Made by a program: the position numbers and the translations under genes
Notes under the pieces: generated by a model
What the model saw: the letters and a program-made list of their open reading frames with translations, nothing else
Told to the model about the DNA's origin: nothing
Databases searched by the model: none
Shown: piece after piece, positions 11,094 through 21,921 of the stretch
How positions within the stretch are numbered: the first letter of the stretch is position 1
Layout: the number at the start of each line of letters is the position of its first letter
Assembly: GCA_963777955.1 (NCBI GenBank)
Contig: CAVZSQ010000019.1
Location: forward strand, 192,001-256,000
Length of the DNA: 64,000 nt
Origin: Calditrichia bacterium
Lineage (GTDB): Bacteria > Calditrichota > Calditrichia > JAJRVZ01
Direction: 5' to 3'

Positions 11094-11682
11094 TGGTACC
11101 CCGGGCGATATCATCGATAAAGACCTGTTCCAGATGTACTGCGCACCGTTGTGCAGGCAGACGGGACATGATCATATAAGCGGTTATGCCGTCCAGCGCT
11201 GCCATCATTGCCAGGGCGCGGCCCCGCGAATCATGCGGCCGCAGTTCTCCCCGGGCAACCCCCTGCTCCAGTAAGTTTTGGTAAAAGGCAATCATCTCTT
11301 CAGTATATGACGCGATAGAAGGCCACAGATCCGGGCGGGTAAGCATTTTGGTCAGAGAGAGCAGAGTAAAGGTAATTTCGCGCGGATGATTGGCCCAGTG
11401 CTTGAGATAACGTCTGATAAAGAAACGCAGACCGGCCGCAGGACTCTTTTTTCGTTTAGCCTGCAGCATAAATTCGTAGACAGGCTCCATATAACTGGCG
11501 TTAGCCGCCAGCAGAACATCGTCTTTTCCTGAAAAATAATGATACAGTCCCCCTTTGGTCAGTCCGGCCCTTGCGGAAATAGACTCCATGGAGGCGATTT
11601 CATAACCCTTTTCTACGAATTCCTGTACTGCCGCGTTAATAATATCGGCAATACGTTTATCCCGTGGTGCTTTCTTTGTCAT
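11083..11682 (-). CDS. TetR/AcrR family regulator
   Basis: HTH KGYEIASMESISARAGLTKGGLYHYFSGKD; overlaps downstream gene. Confidence 0.92.
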   Translation of the reverse strand: MTKKAPRDKRIADIINAAVQEFVEKGYEIASMESISARAGLTKGGLYHYFSGKDDVLLAANASYMEPVYEFMLQAKRKKSPAAGLRFFIRRYLKHWANHPREITFTLLSLTKMLTRPDLWPSIASYTEEMIAFYQNLLEQGVARGELRPHDSRGRALAMMAALDGITAYMIMSRLPAQRCAVHLEQVFIDDIARGTNEQ

Positions 11683-11687
11683 AATAA

Positions 11688-11734
11688 ATACCTACCGTCG
11701 GTATAAATCTAATATCCTGAGCTGGTAAAATCAA
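11688..11734 (-). promoter_or_regulatory. Sigma70-like promoter with adjacent TetR operator
   Basis: Minus strand TTGATT-N17-TAGATT (11734-11706), then palindrome ATACCGAC-G-GTAGGTAT (11704-11688), 5 nt before ATG. Confidence 0.6.
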
Positions 11735-11857
11735 TAATAATTTTATCACATATTCTTATCTGCATTTTTAATTTTTTCGATCGGATGCAGAATTTAATAG
11801 AATATTTGAGTATCTATCTTTATTTTTTATTTATTATAATTAAAAACAGGCAGAATT

Positions 11858-12674
11858 ATGGATTTTTCATGGTTTTCAGACTTACACCCTGTTATGCAAG
11901 TCTCTGCTGGCCACCACTTTCACCTGGTTTCTCACCGCGCTGGGCGCAGCCGTTGTATTTATTTTTAAATCGATCAACCGCAAAGTCCTGGACGGCATGC
12001 TGGGTTTTGCTGCCGGAGTGATGATCGCCGCCAGTTTCTGGTCGCTGCTGGCCCCGGCTATCGAGATGGCCGAGGCATCGGGATCCGTCGCCTGGGTGCC
12101 GGCAGTCATCGGATTTCTGTTGGGGGGATTATTTCTCAGGGGTTTAGATTCGATATTGCCGCATCTGCATATGGGTTTATCTTTGGATCAGGCCGAAGGT
12201 ATCCATACCAAGTGGCGGCGGGTGGTTTTACTTATTCTGGCTATAACGCTGCATAACATTCCTGAAGGACTGGCAGTCGGTGTGGCTTTCGGGGCCGTGG
12301 CTGCCGATATTCCCAGTGCTACCCTGGCCGGAGCTATCGCCCTGGCTATCGGTATAGGCATACAGAATTTTCCGGAAGGGGCCGCTGTATCGGTTCCGCT
12401 GCGCCGGGAAGGACTTTCACGTCTGAAATGCTTCTTTTACGGCCAGGCTTCCGCTATCGTTGAACCGATTGCCGGAGTGCTGGGCGCAGCGTTGGTACTG
12501 CTGATGAGACCCATTCTGCCTTATGCCCTTTCCTTTGCCGCCGGCGCGATGATCTTTGTAGTAGTCGAGGAATTGATTCCAGAATCACAGCAGGATAAAA
12601 ATACGGATATTTCCACCATGGGCGCCATGGTCGGTTTCGCTGTAATGATGATGCTGGATGTAGGACTTGGATAG
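11858..12674 (+). CDS. ZIP (ZupT/GufA) family metal transporter (+1 frameshift near 11900)
   Basis: [14 protein letters not shown] then [17 protein letters not shown]...[22 protein letters not shown] and IQNFPEG motifs. Confidence 0.9.
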
Positions 12675-12822
12675 TACCACTAGTTAGTAAATTTGATGCT
12701 GGGCAAGGATGAACGATAATGGTTAAAAAATAAAACCTTGTCGAGCGCAAGCCGTAGAGGTACAGGAATAAAATGGAGTTCTTTATCCTTTACCCTTTAT
12801 CTTAAACAACTGGAGGCAAACA

Positions 12823-14694
12823 ATGAAATTATTTACCAACCTTTTCAGGTTTAGTTTAAGTTCGATTTTGATCATCAGGACGGCAATACTCGTATCACGG
12901 ATGCAACCATCCAAGGCGCGAAGAAGACCTGTTTCCTACGATATATCCACCCTGTTCAACCAGGAACCGCGCCCCTGGCAGGGAGACAAACTCCTCAACG
13001 ATCCGGAAAATTTTCAATTTATCATTATCGCCGATCGTACCGGCGGAAACAGGCCGGGTATTTTTGAACAGGCCATCGAAAAAATTAACTGGCTGCAACC
13101 GGAATTCGTTATGTCCAGCGGAGATCTGATCGAAGGGTATTCCGATGATATAAATACCATCGAGACGCAATGGCAGGAATTTTCGAACGTTGTTGCTGAA
13201 TTACAGATGCCGTTTTTCTTCGTACCCGGCAATCATGATATCAGTAATAATCTGCAGTTACTCGAATGGCATAAACGCTACGGCTCACCCTACTATCATT
13301 TTATTTATAAAAATATCCTGTTTCTGATCCTGAATACGACAGATCCTGCCCACGCTGCGATCAGCCCTGAGCAAACAGCGTATTGTTTAAATGTACTGCA
13401 TAAATATAAAAACGTACGCTGGACTATGGTGTTCATGCATGAACCGCTCTGGCATTATGGCGGTATTAAAGGTTATCTGCCCATCGAAGCGGCTTTAAAA
13501 GACCGTCCCCATACCGTTTTTTCCGGACATTACCACCAGTACCTGCATTCCCAAAAGAATGGGCACGACCACTACATTCTGGCCACCAGCGGCGGAGTCA
13601 GCCAACTGCGCGGAAGTCAATTCGGCGAATTCGACCAGTTGGTCTGGGTTACCATGACCGCACAGGGACCGCAAATCGCCAATCTGGCTATTAACGGAAT
13701 ACTGTCTGAGGATATTGTCAATGATTCCACTTATACCATGGTTCAGACTCTGCTCGATGGAAACTGGGTACATATTGAACCTGCGGTCAATTCCACGGCG
13801 GAATTGACGGAAATCAACACGATGATTCATTTTGATAATCCGGCCCGGTACCCACTGAAAGTAAAATCTCAAATACCAAATTCCAAAGAAATCCACTTTT
13901 CCCCGGAGTACATCGAGCTGGTTGTCCCGGCCGGCAGCTCAAAAGAAATTCCACTTCAGGTCAGCCTGGCCCAGGCGACACCAATTCAGAACCTGGAACC
14001 ACTCTGGTTCGATTTCTACGGTTCCTATCTGTATCCGCAGGATACCACCCTGGCTCTGCCAACCAAATGTGAATTCCTGTTAGACTGGCAGCACAATTGT
14101 CCCCGGGCCCTGACGGTCGGCGACATTGACGGAAAAATCGATGACTGGTACAAATCATTATTCATCCAGTGCCGGCGTCCGCAGGCTATTATAGAAGACT
14201 GGGACTGGCACGGCGTTCAGGACGGTTGGTTTCAATTCGCTACCATGTACGACCGGGATAATCTATACCTGGCTCTGGAATTTTTCGACGACCGCACGCT
14301 GGTCTATCCTGAGAATCCCGAATTGAAGCAGGACAGGTTCTACATTGAAATCGATCCTGCTCCGCAGGTAAAAAAACCGGCAGACGCTGCTCCCGGAAAA
14401 ATACTTAAAATACAATTGTCCGCAGGAATGGAGGTTGGAAAACCGGCGATCAACGATTCATCGATTAAGGCTGCCCTGGTAGTGAATGCGGATAAATACA
14501 TGATTGCTGAACTCGCGATCCCCTGGCGTATTATTTATAAGGAAGAAGGTACCTCCCGATCCGTTTTCCGGTTAAATATCGGCGTAATGGATCATGATAA
14601 TCCGGCCAGCAGCAAACCGTCCATTTTATTATGGCGACCGAAGTGGGATTTTAAACAGAACTATCCAGAATCAGGAATATTCACAAAAAAATAG
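12823..14694 (+). CDS. Calcineurin-like metallophosphoesterase with C-terminal sugar-binding-like domain
   Basis: ADRTGG, GDLIEG, PGNHD, MHEP and SGHYH motifs; C-terminal IDGKIDDW...YDRDNLYLA...ELAIPW. Confidence 0.8.
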   Translation: MKLFTNLFRFSLSSILIIRTAILVSRMQPSKARRRPVSYDISTLFNQEPRPWQGDKLLNDPENFQFIIIADRTGGNRPGIFEQAIEKINWLQPEFVMSSGDLIEGYSDDINTIETQWQEFSNVVAELQMPFFFVPGNHDISNNLQLLEWHKRYGSPYYHFIYKNILFLILNTTDPAHAAISPEQTAYCLNVLHKYKNVRWTMVFMHEPLWHYGGIKGYLPIEAALKDRPHTVFSGHYHQYLHSQKNGHDHYILATSGGVSQLRGSQFGEFDQLVWVTMTAQGPQIANLAINGILSEDIVNDSTYTMVQTLLDGNWVHIEPAVNSTAELTEINTMIHFDNPARYPLKVKSQIPNSKEIHFSPEYIELVVPAGSSKEIPLQVSLAQATPIQNLEPLWFDFYGSYLYPQDTTLALPTKCEFLLDWQHNCPRALTVGDIDGKIDDWYKSLFIQCRRPQAIIEDWDWHGVQDGWFQFATMYDRDNLYLALEFFDDRTLVYPENPELKQDRFYIEIDPAPQVKKPADAAPGKILKIQLSAGMEVGKPAINDSSIKAALVVNADKYMIAELAIPWRIIYKEEGTSRSVFRLNIGVMDHDNPASSKPSILLWRPKWDFKQNYPESGIFTKK

Positions 14695-14731
14695 ACGGCA
14701 TAATAATTTTTGAGGCCTGTGACAGCCTGAC

Positions 14732-15325
14732 TCATTTGTGATGGCGCTTTTTCAAAACATTGACGACCTGAGCTATGGTAACTTTCTTACAAGTCATTAA
14801 AACCAGCAGGTGATAAAGCAGATCGGCAATTTCATTTTCCAGCCGATCCCTTTTTTTATCGAGGGCAGCGATGATCACCTCGGTCGCTTCCTCCCCCACC
14901 TTCTGGACAATCCGGTTCAGTCCTGCGCTGAATAAACGTGATGTATACGAGGTTTTTTGTGGATTGATTTTTCTGTCGGCGATAATTTTTTCCAGTTCAT
15001 CCAAAAAATTGCCGTTTGAATTTTTTTCATTGAAACAGGTATCAGAGCCTTTATGACAAACCGGACCCGCCGGATCGACTTTAATCAACAAGGTATCACT
15101 ATCACAGTCCGTTAAGATTTTCTTACAGGTCAGGTAATTTCCGGAGACTTCACCTTTAGTCCACAGGCGCTTTTTGCTGCGTGAATAAAAGGTGACCTGT
15201 CCTTTCTCCCTGGTTTTTTTTAATGCCGCCTCATCCATATAAGCCAGCATTAAAACCCTGCCTGTCTGTTCATCCTGGATTATGGCCGGAATCAAACCAT
15301 TGCCTTTCTTAAAATCTAATTTCAT
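14732..15325 (-). CDS. hisIE: Bifunctional phosphoribosyl-AMP cyclohydrolase / phosphoribosyl-ATP pyrophosphatase
   Basis: [39 protein letters not shown]. Confidence 0.96.
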   Translation of the reverse strand: MKLDFKKGNGLIPAIIQDEQTGRVLMLAYMDEAALKKTREKGQVTFYSRSKKRLWTKGEVSGNYLTCKKILTDCDSDTLLIKVDPAGPVCHKGSDTCFNEKNSNGNFLDELEKIIADRKINPQKTSYTSRLFSAGLNRIVQKVGEEATEVIIAALDKKRDRLENEIADLLYHLLVLMTCKKVTIAQVVNVLKKRHHK

Positions 15326-16079
15326 AAACGCACCGCCACCTGATTATTTATTAAATATTTTTTGAGTTCGGGAATCGATATCTCGCCGAAATGGAACACA
15401 CTGGCCGCCAGGGCTGCATCGGCCTTGCCGGTGGTCAACACTTCCAGGAAATGCCGATTCATACCGGCGCCGCCGGAGGCTATAACCGGTACCGGCTTAC
15501 CCGTTCCGAGATCATCCGGGTTAAATCCAGAGCATAACCGTCCTTGGTGCCGTCATGATTCATGGAAGTCAGCAATATCTCTCCGGCACCACGCTGAACC
15601 ACCTCATCAGCCCAATCCAGTGTAAGCCGTTCGGTAGGGGTCCTGCCGCCATTGACATAGACCGACCATCGGCCATCCACATTTTTGGTATCAATGGCCA
15701 CCACGATACACTGACTGCCAAATCTGCCGGCCAGCCGGTCGATTAAATCCGGTTTTTTAACCGCGGCCGTATTGATGGTAATTTTATCGGCTCCCGCCTG
15801 CAGCAGCCGGGTGACATCATCTTCGGTATGAATTCCTCCGCCGACGGTAAATGGTATATTAAGATTCCGGGCAATACGCTTCACCAGATCCTGAAAGATA
15901 CGGCGCTGTTCGACCGTGGCGGTTATATCCAGAAAAACCAGTTCATCGGCCCCCTGCTCCGCATATACCTGGCCCAGTTCTACCGGATCACCGGCCTGGC
16001 GCAGGTTGACAAAGTTAATCCCTTTGACGGTTTGACCGTCTTTCACATCCAGACAGGGGATGATCCTCTTAGTCAGCAT
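15322..16079 (-). CDS. hisF: Imidazole glycerol phosphate synthase subunit HisF (frameshift near 15495)
   Basis: [22 protein letters not shown]; continues in another frame as [10 protein letters not shown]...[11 protein letters not shown]...VRL*, with ATGA overlap to hisIE. Confidence 0.93.
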
Positions 16080-16794
16080 ACAATTCTTTCAACTCCCGAA
16101 AATTTATATATCCTTCATAAAAGGCCTTACCAATTATTACTCCATCCACATCCAGGCTATTTAAAGTCTGAACATCTTTGATCGTGGTTACTCCGCCGCT
16201 GGCAATCAAAAAAAGGTCCGGAAATGTTCCCTTTACCAGGCGATACATATCAACTGCAGGCCCCTGTAATAAACCGTCTTTTTCAATATCTGTACAGATA
16301 ACGGTTTTAATTCCTGCCTGCCGGAATTCTGTTAAAAAGTCCAGCAGATCGATCCTGGTGTTCTCCGACCAGGCGCCGATCTTCACGAAACTTTTATAGA
16401 AATCGGCGGCCAGGATGATTTTATCGCTGCCATATTTTACAAGCCATTCGCAAAATAATGCTCGGCAGGTGACCGCGATACTACCGATTGCAACCTGGGC
16501 AGCACCACAGCGGAATACCAGATCCAGATCGGCCTGTGAACGAATGCCGCCGCTGAAATCGATTAGCAGTCCGGTATGTGCCGCAATTTTTTCCAGCACC
16601 AGATGATTAACCACTTTTCCTTGCCTGGCACCGTCAAGGTCGACCAGATGCAGGCGTTTACAGCCGTGCTGTTCAAATTCTATGGCCACAGCGAGCGGAT
16701 CAACATCATACTGTTTTACTGCATCAAAACGACCCTGGCGCAGGCGGACGCACCTGCCGCCAATCAAATCGATAGCCGGGATGATCGTGATCAT
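16069..16794 (-). CDS. hisA: ProFAR isomerase HisA
   Basis: [32 protein letters not shown]. Confidence 0.95.
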   Translation of the reverse strand: MITIIPAIDLIGGRCVRLRQGRFDAVKQYDVDPLAVAIEFEQHGCKRLHLVDLDGARQGKVVNHLVLEKIAAHTGLLIDFSGGIRSQADLDLVFRCGAAQVAIGSIAVTCRALFCEWLVKYGSDKIILAADFYKSFVKIGAWSENTRIDLLDFLTEFRQAGIKTVICTDIEKDGLLQGPAVDMYRLVKGTFPDLFLIASGGVTTIKDVQTLNSLDVDGVIIGKAFYEGYINFRELKELYAD

Positions 16795-17381
16795 AGCTCC
16801 AAAAAATTTTTAAGAATTAACTCTCCGACTTTTCCGCTTTTTTCCGGATGAAATTGCAGCGCATAAAAATTATCCTGTTGTAAGGCCGCACTGAACGGGA
16901 CGATGTAATCGGTGATCGCCGCGGCAGCCGCGGTAGCCGCGTCCGCCTGGGCATAATAACTATGGACAAAATAAACATAACTGTTTTCCCCTACCCCAGC
17001 AAAGAGAGGACCTTTTAAAGTACAGATAGTATTCCAGCCCATATGGGGTACTTTATGCCCAGCTGGAAATTTCATGACATTTGCCGGAAAAATTCCCAGA
17101 CCGCTGGTTGCATTTTCCTCGCTGTAGCGGCACAGCAACTGCAGGCCCAGACAGATGCCCAGCACCGGCTGCTGTAAATGAATGATGACCCGGTCAAGTT
17201 TACGGGCCATGAGGTAACTCATGGCCGAACTCGCTTCACCCACCCCCGGAAAAATTACTTTATCAGCCTGCTGTATCAGTAGCGGATCGTCGCTGATCAG
17301 CGGTATCACACCCAGTCGTTCCAGGGCCAGTTGCACGGAATAAATATTCCCGGCATTATACTTTATAATAACGACTTTCAC
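16791..17381 (-). CDS. hisH: Imidazole glycerol phosphate synthase glutaminase subunit HisH
   Basis: FPGVG, GICLG.Q, VPHMGWN, YFVHSY, QFHPEKSG. Confidence 0.96.
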   Translation of the reverse strand: MKVVIIKYNAGNIYSVQLALERLGVIPLISDDPLLIQQADKVIFPGVGEASSAMSYLMARKLDRVIIHLQQPVLGICLGLQLLCRYSEENATSGLGIFPANVMKFPAGHKVPHMGWNTICTLKGPLFAGVGENSYVYFVHSYYAQADAATAAAAAITDYIVPFSAALQQDNFYALQFHPEKSGKVGELILKNFLEL

Positions 17382-18469
17382 AGTAATCCTTTGGTACTGG
17401 GCAATAATTTACCCTGTGCATCCCGCTGCACGGCCATGCGCAAAGCCCGCGCCGTTGCTTTGAAGATCGCCTCGATTTTATGGTGTTCGTTCTCCCCCTC
17501 AGCCCGGATATGCAAATTGCAGCCGGCCTGATCGCTGAATGATTTAAAAAAGTGATAAAACATTTCAGTGGGTACATCGCCGATCTTTTCCCGCTTGAAT
17601 TTCACTTTCCAGACCAATACGGATCTGCCACCCAAATCCACAGCAACCCGGGCCAGCGCTTCATCCATCGGCAAGACAAAACCGTAGCGCTGCATGCCCT
17701 GTTTATCTTTTAAAGCCTGCTGCAGAGCCATTCCCAGTACAATAGCGGTATCTTCGACCGTATGATGTTCATCTGTGTCCAGATCCCCTTTGATGTTCAT
17801 CTCCAGATCAAAGCCGGAATGACGGCTGAACAACTCCAGCATATGTTTTAAAAATCCTAACCGGCAGCGTATGCGGTACTTTCCATTGCCATCCAGATTT
17901 AACCGGACGGTTATGTCGGTTTCAGTGCTTTTTCTGTTCACCACGGCCTGGCGTGGTCTTCCGGTCAGAAACTCATATATTTTAGACCAATCGCTAGTCG
18001 TCAGAGCCGCATCTTTATTTTTTTTGTTATTAATAAATATGGCCTGGCAACCCAGATTCTTAGCCAGTTGGATATCGGTCAACCGATCGCCGATTACGTA
18101 GGAATGGGCTAAATCATGCTTCCCTTTCATATATTTTTTCAGCATCCCCGTCCCCGGTTTGCGGGTTGGAGCCTGGTCGGCCGGAAAGGTACGGTCGAGC
18201 AGTACCTGCGAAAAATGAATATTCTCATCGGCCAGCACCTGCAGCATAAAATTATGCACCGGCCAGAATTTTTTTTCCGGCAGGAAATGCGTGCCCAATC
18301 CATCCTGGTTGCTTACCAGCACCAGTTCATAATCTGTTTCGGCAGCAATTTTACGCAATGCGGAAATAACTCCCGGCAAAAACCGCATCTTGGCAAAGGA
18401 ATCCACCTGTTCATCCGGCGTCTCAAATAAAATAGTGCCATCACGGTCAATAAATAAAACTTTTTTCAT
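17378..18469 (-). CDS. hisB: Bifunctional histidinol-phosphatase / IGP dehydratase
   Basis: HAD motif FIDRDGT plus DEHHTVED, PMDEA and NEHHKIE. Confidence 0.96.
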   Translation of the reverse strand: MKKVLFIDRDGTILFETPDEQVDSFAKMRFLPGVISALRKIAAETDYELVLVSNQDGLGTHFLPEKKFWPVHNFMLQVLADENIHFSQVLLDRTFPADQAPTRKPGTGMLKKYMKGKHDLAHSYVIGDRLTDIQLAKNLGCQAIFINNKKNKDAALTTSDWSKIYEFLTGRPRQAVVNRKSTETDITVRLNLDGNGKYRIRCRLGFLKHMLELFSRHSGFDLEMNIKGDLDTDEHHTVEDTAIVLGMALQQALKDKQGMQRYGFVLPMDEALARVAVDLGGRSVLVWKVKFKREKIGDVPTEMFYHFFKSFSDQAGCNLHIRAEGENEHHKIEAIFKATARALRMAVQRDAQGKLLPSTKGLL

Positions 18470-19517
18470 CGGAGATCTCCTTGAGAGCTGCTATTAATAT
18501 TTTGTTTTCAGTCTGCCGTGCCCACCGTAATACGCAGACAGTTTTGACAGCCCGGTATGTTAGAACGATCCCGGATGATAATATTCCTTTTGAGCAGGTT
18601 CTGATAGACCAGTCCGGCATCCCTGACTTTAATTAACAGAAAATTGGCGTCGGAAGGATAAACTTTTTCTACTACAGGCAGCCCGGCCAACTTCTGCTCC
18701 AGGTAGCGACGCTGGGCCAGGATGCGGGTAACCAGTTTATCCTTGCGGTGCATCCTGCCGAAGGCCTTTAAAACCGTTTGCTGGGTTAAACCGCTTACAT
18801 TGTAAGGATACTTGACATTATTCATGACTTCGATTATCCGGGGATCAGCATAAGCCATGCCCAGGCGGATATTGGCCAAACCCCAGGCCTTGGAAAACGT
18901 CTGCAGTATCACCAGATTCGGATATTTTTTCAGCCAGGACAAAAATGTTTTTTGCGGACAGAAATCTATATAAGCTTCATCTATAACCACCATGGCTTTA
19001 ACTGTTTTCAGTATCCGTTCCACGTCGCCGGGCTGCATCACATTGGCCGTCGGATTGTTGGGTGAGCAGATAAAAAGTAATTTATGCCGGGAATCCACTT
19101 GCTGTATAATTTGTGCGGTATCCAGCCGGAAAACGGGCGTCAGGGGTACTTCGCTGACAGCGATATCATTAACCCCGGCAAAAAAAGTATAGACGCCGTA
19201 GGTCGGTGGAAAGATCATCAGCGCATCCTGGCCCGGTTCGCAAAAAAGGCGGATCAGTACATCGACAGCCTCGTCACTGCCGTTGCCGATAAAAATTTGG
19301 TCTTCGTGCAAACCCTTGATCCTGCCCAGTTTTGCCTTGATTTCCTTTTGCAGCGGATCGGGATAGCGGTTTAGTTTTTTGCCGGTCACCGATCCCAGTG
19401 AATTTTCATTGGCATCCAGAAAAATACCGCGGCGGCGTTTCCGCTGTATTCCAGCCGGGCCGAAGAATATGGCTGTACTTTTTTTATATTCGGCCTGATC
19501 AGATCGGTTATCTTCAT
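18447..19517 (-). CDS. hisC: Histidinol-phosphate aminotransferase (frameshifts near 19435 and 18510)
   Basis: MKITDLIRPNIKKVQPYSSAR from ATG 19517 (ATGA overlap with hisD); LDANEN, GNGSDE, CSPNNPT, DEAY, TFSKAWGLA..RLG; C-terminal ENKILIAALKEI in a shifted frame. Confidence 0.92.
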
Positions 19518-20822
19518 CGGCGCTTTCTACCTTGTTTATCCAGACGCACCCGGACCGAATTGCCATGTCCGGACAGATTTTCAGCTTCAGCCAGGGTTTG
19601 GATGGAGGGTCCTAACCACCGCAAACCCCTACGGCTGAGTTGTTGAAAAGTAATCATTTTCAGGAAACTTTCCACATTAATTCCGCTTTGATGGCGGGCA
19701 TAACCGCCGGTGGGCAGCGTATGATTTGTGCCCGAAGCATAATCTCCCGCTGCTTCAGGCGAGTCAGGTCCGATAAAAACACTGCCCGCATTTTTAATAG
19801 CCGGTAGTATCCGGGCCGGATCTCTTAAATTCAGGATCAGATGCTCGGGGGCATATAAATTAATATACTGCACGGCGCGGTTGAGATCGGCGATGAAGAT
19901 CAGTTTACCATGCTGCAAGGATTGCCGGGCAATATCTTTTCTGGGCAAGATCTGTAATTGGCCACGAAGTGCCTTTTGCACTTTGCTCAGCAAGGCTACC
20001 TGCGTTGTGACCAGAATAACCTGGCTGTCGGTGCCATGTTCAGCCTGGGCTAGCAGATCTGCGGCAACGAATTCCGGATCAGCAGTTCCGTCGGCTAAAA
20101 CCAGCACCTCCGATGGCCCGGCCGGCATATCGATTCCCACTCCATCCAATTGCACCAGTTGTTTGGCCAGAGTGACATATTGATTGCCGGGTCCGAATAT
20201 TTTATAAACAGCCGGAACGCTTTCGCTGCCATATGCCATGGCTGCCACTGCCTGGGCACCGCCAAGTTTGTAAATATGTTTCAAACCCAGATAATGACAG
20301 GCATAAAGAATAAGCGGATTCACTGCACCCTGCCGGTCAGGGGGGGAGCAGACGATTATTTCCCTGCATCCGGCCAGCAGTGCCGGGATGCCCAGCATCA
20401 GTACCGTAGAAAATAAAGGCGCCCGGCCGCCGGGAATATATAAACCCACCTTCTCAATTGGCAATAGTTTACGCCAGCACACCACACCAGGGACCGTCTC
20501 AATCTTGCGCAGCCGGCTGCCGCCGCCGAAGGTCTGCCCGGCATGAAATTTCCTGATGTTCGCCGCAGCAATCGTCATAGCTTTTTTCAACTCAGGCTGT
20601 ACCTCTGCGACCGCCGCAGTTATTTCCTGCCTGCTCACTTTCAAACCGGCGAGTCTGGCCTGATCAAAACGAAGTGTTAATTTTCGCAAAGCCGGGTCGC
20701 CCTGCTCTCTGACCATTTTAAGTATTGAGTCTCACCTGACCAAGCATTTTACCGCGGTTGAGTACCGGACGCTTAATCAGCAATGGCCATTCTGTTTTTG
20801 AAGGATTTCGGATAATTTTCAT
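19514..20822 (-). CDS. hisD: Histidinol dehydrogenase (+1 frameshift near 20730)
   Basis: MKIIRNPSKTEW...RP N-terminus; GLYIPGG, GPGNQYV, DMPAGPSE, AQAEH, APEHL, GDYASGTNHTLPT. Confidence 0.94.
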
Positions 20823-20839
20823 TTTAATATTTTCCCGGT

Positions 20840-21694
20840 TTATACAATCATCTTTTCAATAGGTATGACCAGAATGCCCTCGGCACCGGCCTTCTTCAGA
20901 TTTTCAATATTTTCCCAGAAGTCATCTTCATGTATAACCGAATGCATCGAACTCCAGCCGCTCAGGGCCAGCGGCATCACCGTCGGGCTCTTCATTCCCG
21001 GCAGCATTTGCGAGATTGTTTTCAGTTTTTCATTAGGAGCATTCAATAAAATATATTTATATTTTTTCGCTTTATTAACTGCCCGGATACGAAAAAGTAA
21101 TTTATCCAGAATACTTTTCTTATCAGGATTTAACCCGGGATGTTGTACCAGAACTGCTTCCGAGTGCAGCACAACCTCCACTTCCTTCAATCCGTTACTC
21201 AGTAAGGTACTGCCTGTATTGACAATATCCATAATTGCATCGGCCAGCCCGATTCCGGGAGCAATCTCCACCGAACCGTTAATTTCATGAATGGTCACAT
21301 CAACTTTGCTGGCTGTCATAAAATTGCCCAGGATATTAGGATAGGAAGTGGCAATTTTCAAACCCTGCAAATCCTTGATGGAACTGTATTCCATTGATTT
21401 GGGAACAGCGATGGCCAGGCGGCAGCGGGCAAAACCGAGTTTTTCAGAGATAACCAATCCCCGTCCCTTTTCATGAAAGATATTTTCACCTACAATTCCC
21501 GCATCAGCGATCCGGTCAGCGACACATTCCGGAATATCATCATCGCGCAGGTATAAGATCTGGACCGGAAAGTTTTTAGCCTCGGCTTTTAATTTCGACT
21601 TGCCGCCGTTATCGAATTCAATACCGGTCTCTTCCAGCAACCTGACTGTTTTCTCGCTTAATCTGCCTGTCTTTTGGATCGCCAGTGTCAACAT
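20840..21694 (-). CDS. hisG: ATP phosphoribosyltransferase (long form)
   Basis: LAIQKTGRL, RDDDIP, IATSYP, GSVEIAP..GLADAI.D, C-terminal PGMKSPT regulatory domain. Confidence 0.96.
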   Translation of the reverse strand: MLTLAIQKTGRLSEKTVRLLEETGIEFDNGGKSKLKAEAKNFPVQILYLRDDDIPECVADRIADAGIVGENIFHEKGRGLVISEKLGFARCRLAIAVPKSMEYSSIKDLQGLKIATSYPNILGNFMTASKVDVTIHEINGSVEIAPGIGLADAIMDIVNTGSTLLSNGLKEVEVVLHSEAVLVQHPGLNPDKKSILDKLLFRIRAVNKAKKYKYILLNAPNEKLKTISQMLPGMKSPTVMPLALSGWSSMHSVIHEDDFWENIENLKKAGAEGILVIPIEKMIV

Positions 21695-21715
21695 ACTTTA
21701 TACCCTTTCTGATTG

Positions 21716-21746
21716 AAATAAAAAACCCGGTTCCTGAGAACCGGGC
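21716..21746 (-). terminator. his attenuator terminator hairpin
   Basis: Minus strand GCCCGGTTC-TCAG-GAACCGGG followed by TTTTTTATTT, upstream of hisG. Confidence 0.9.
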
Positions 21747-21784
21747 TTATTTATCTATGATTCAAGTTTTTACGGTAAATAAAA

Positions 21785-21853
21785 CTAGAACATACCCGGC
21801 TCCTGTTGAGTATGAGCATGGTGATGAACATGATGTGAAATATAAGTTTTCAT
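21785..21853 (-). CDS. hisL: his operon leader peptide MKTYISHHVHHHAHTQQEPGMF
   Basis: 22-codon ORF with 6 His codons directly upstream of the terminator and hisG; below the ORF-track size cutoff. Confidence 0.9.
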   Translation of the reverse strand: MKTYISHHVHHHAHTQQEPGMF

Positions 21854-21876
21854 ATAATAAATATGCAATTTTTCTA

Positions 21877-21905
21877 ATATTAATAAATGTCTCCGACAGT
21901 ATCAA
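21877..21905 (-). promoter_or_regulatory. Putative sigma70 promoter of the his operon
   Basis: TTGATA-N17-TAATAT on the minus strand, 23 nt upstream of the leader ATG. Confidence 0.55.
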
Positions 21906-21921
21906 GTATAATTTATCGGAT

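Noticed and set aside
15322..20822. his operon pseudogenisation or programmed frameshifting
   Set aside because: Catalytic motifs, gene overlaps and the attenuator are intact; no slippery sites; same error pattern as the rest of the window
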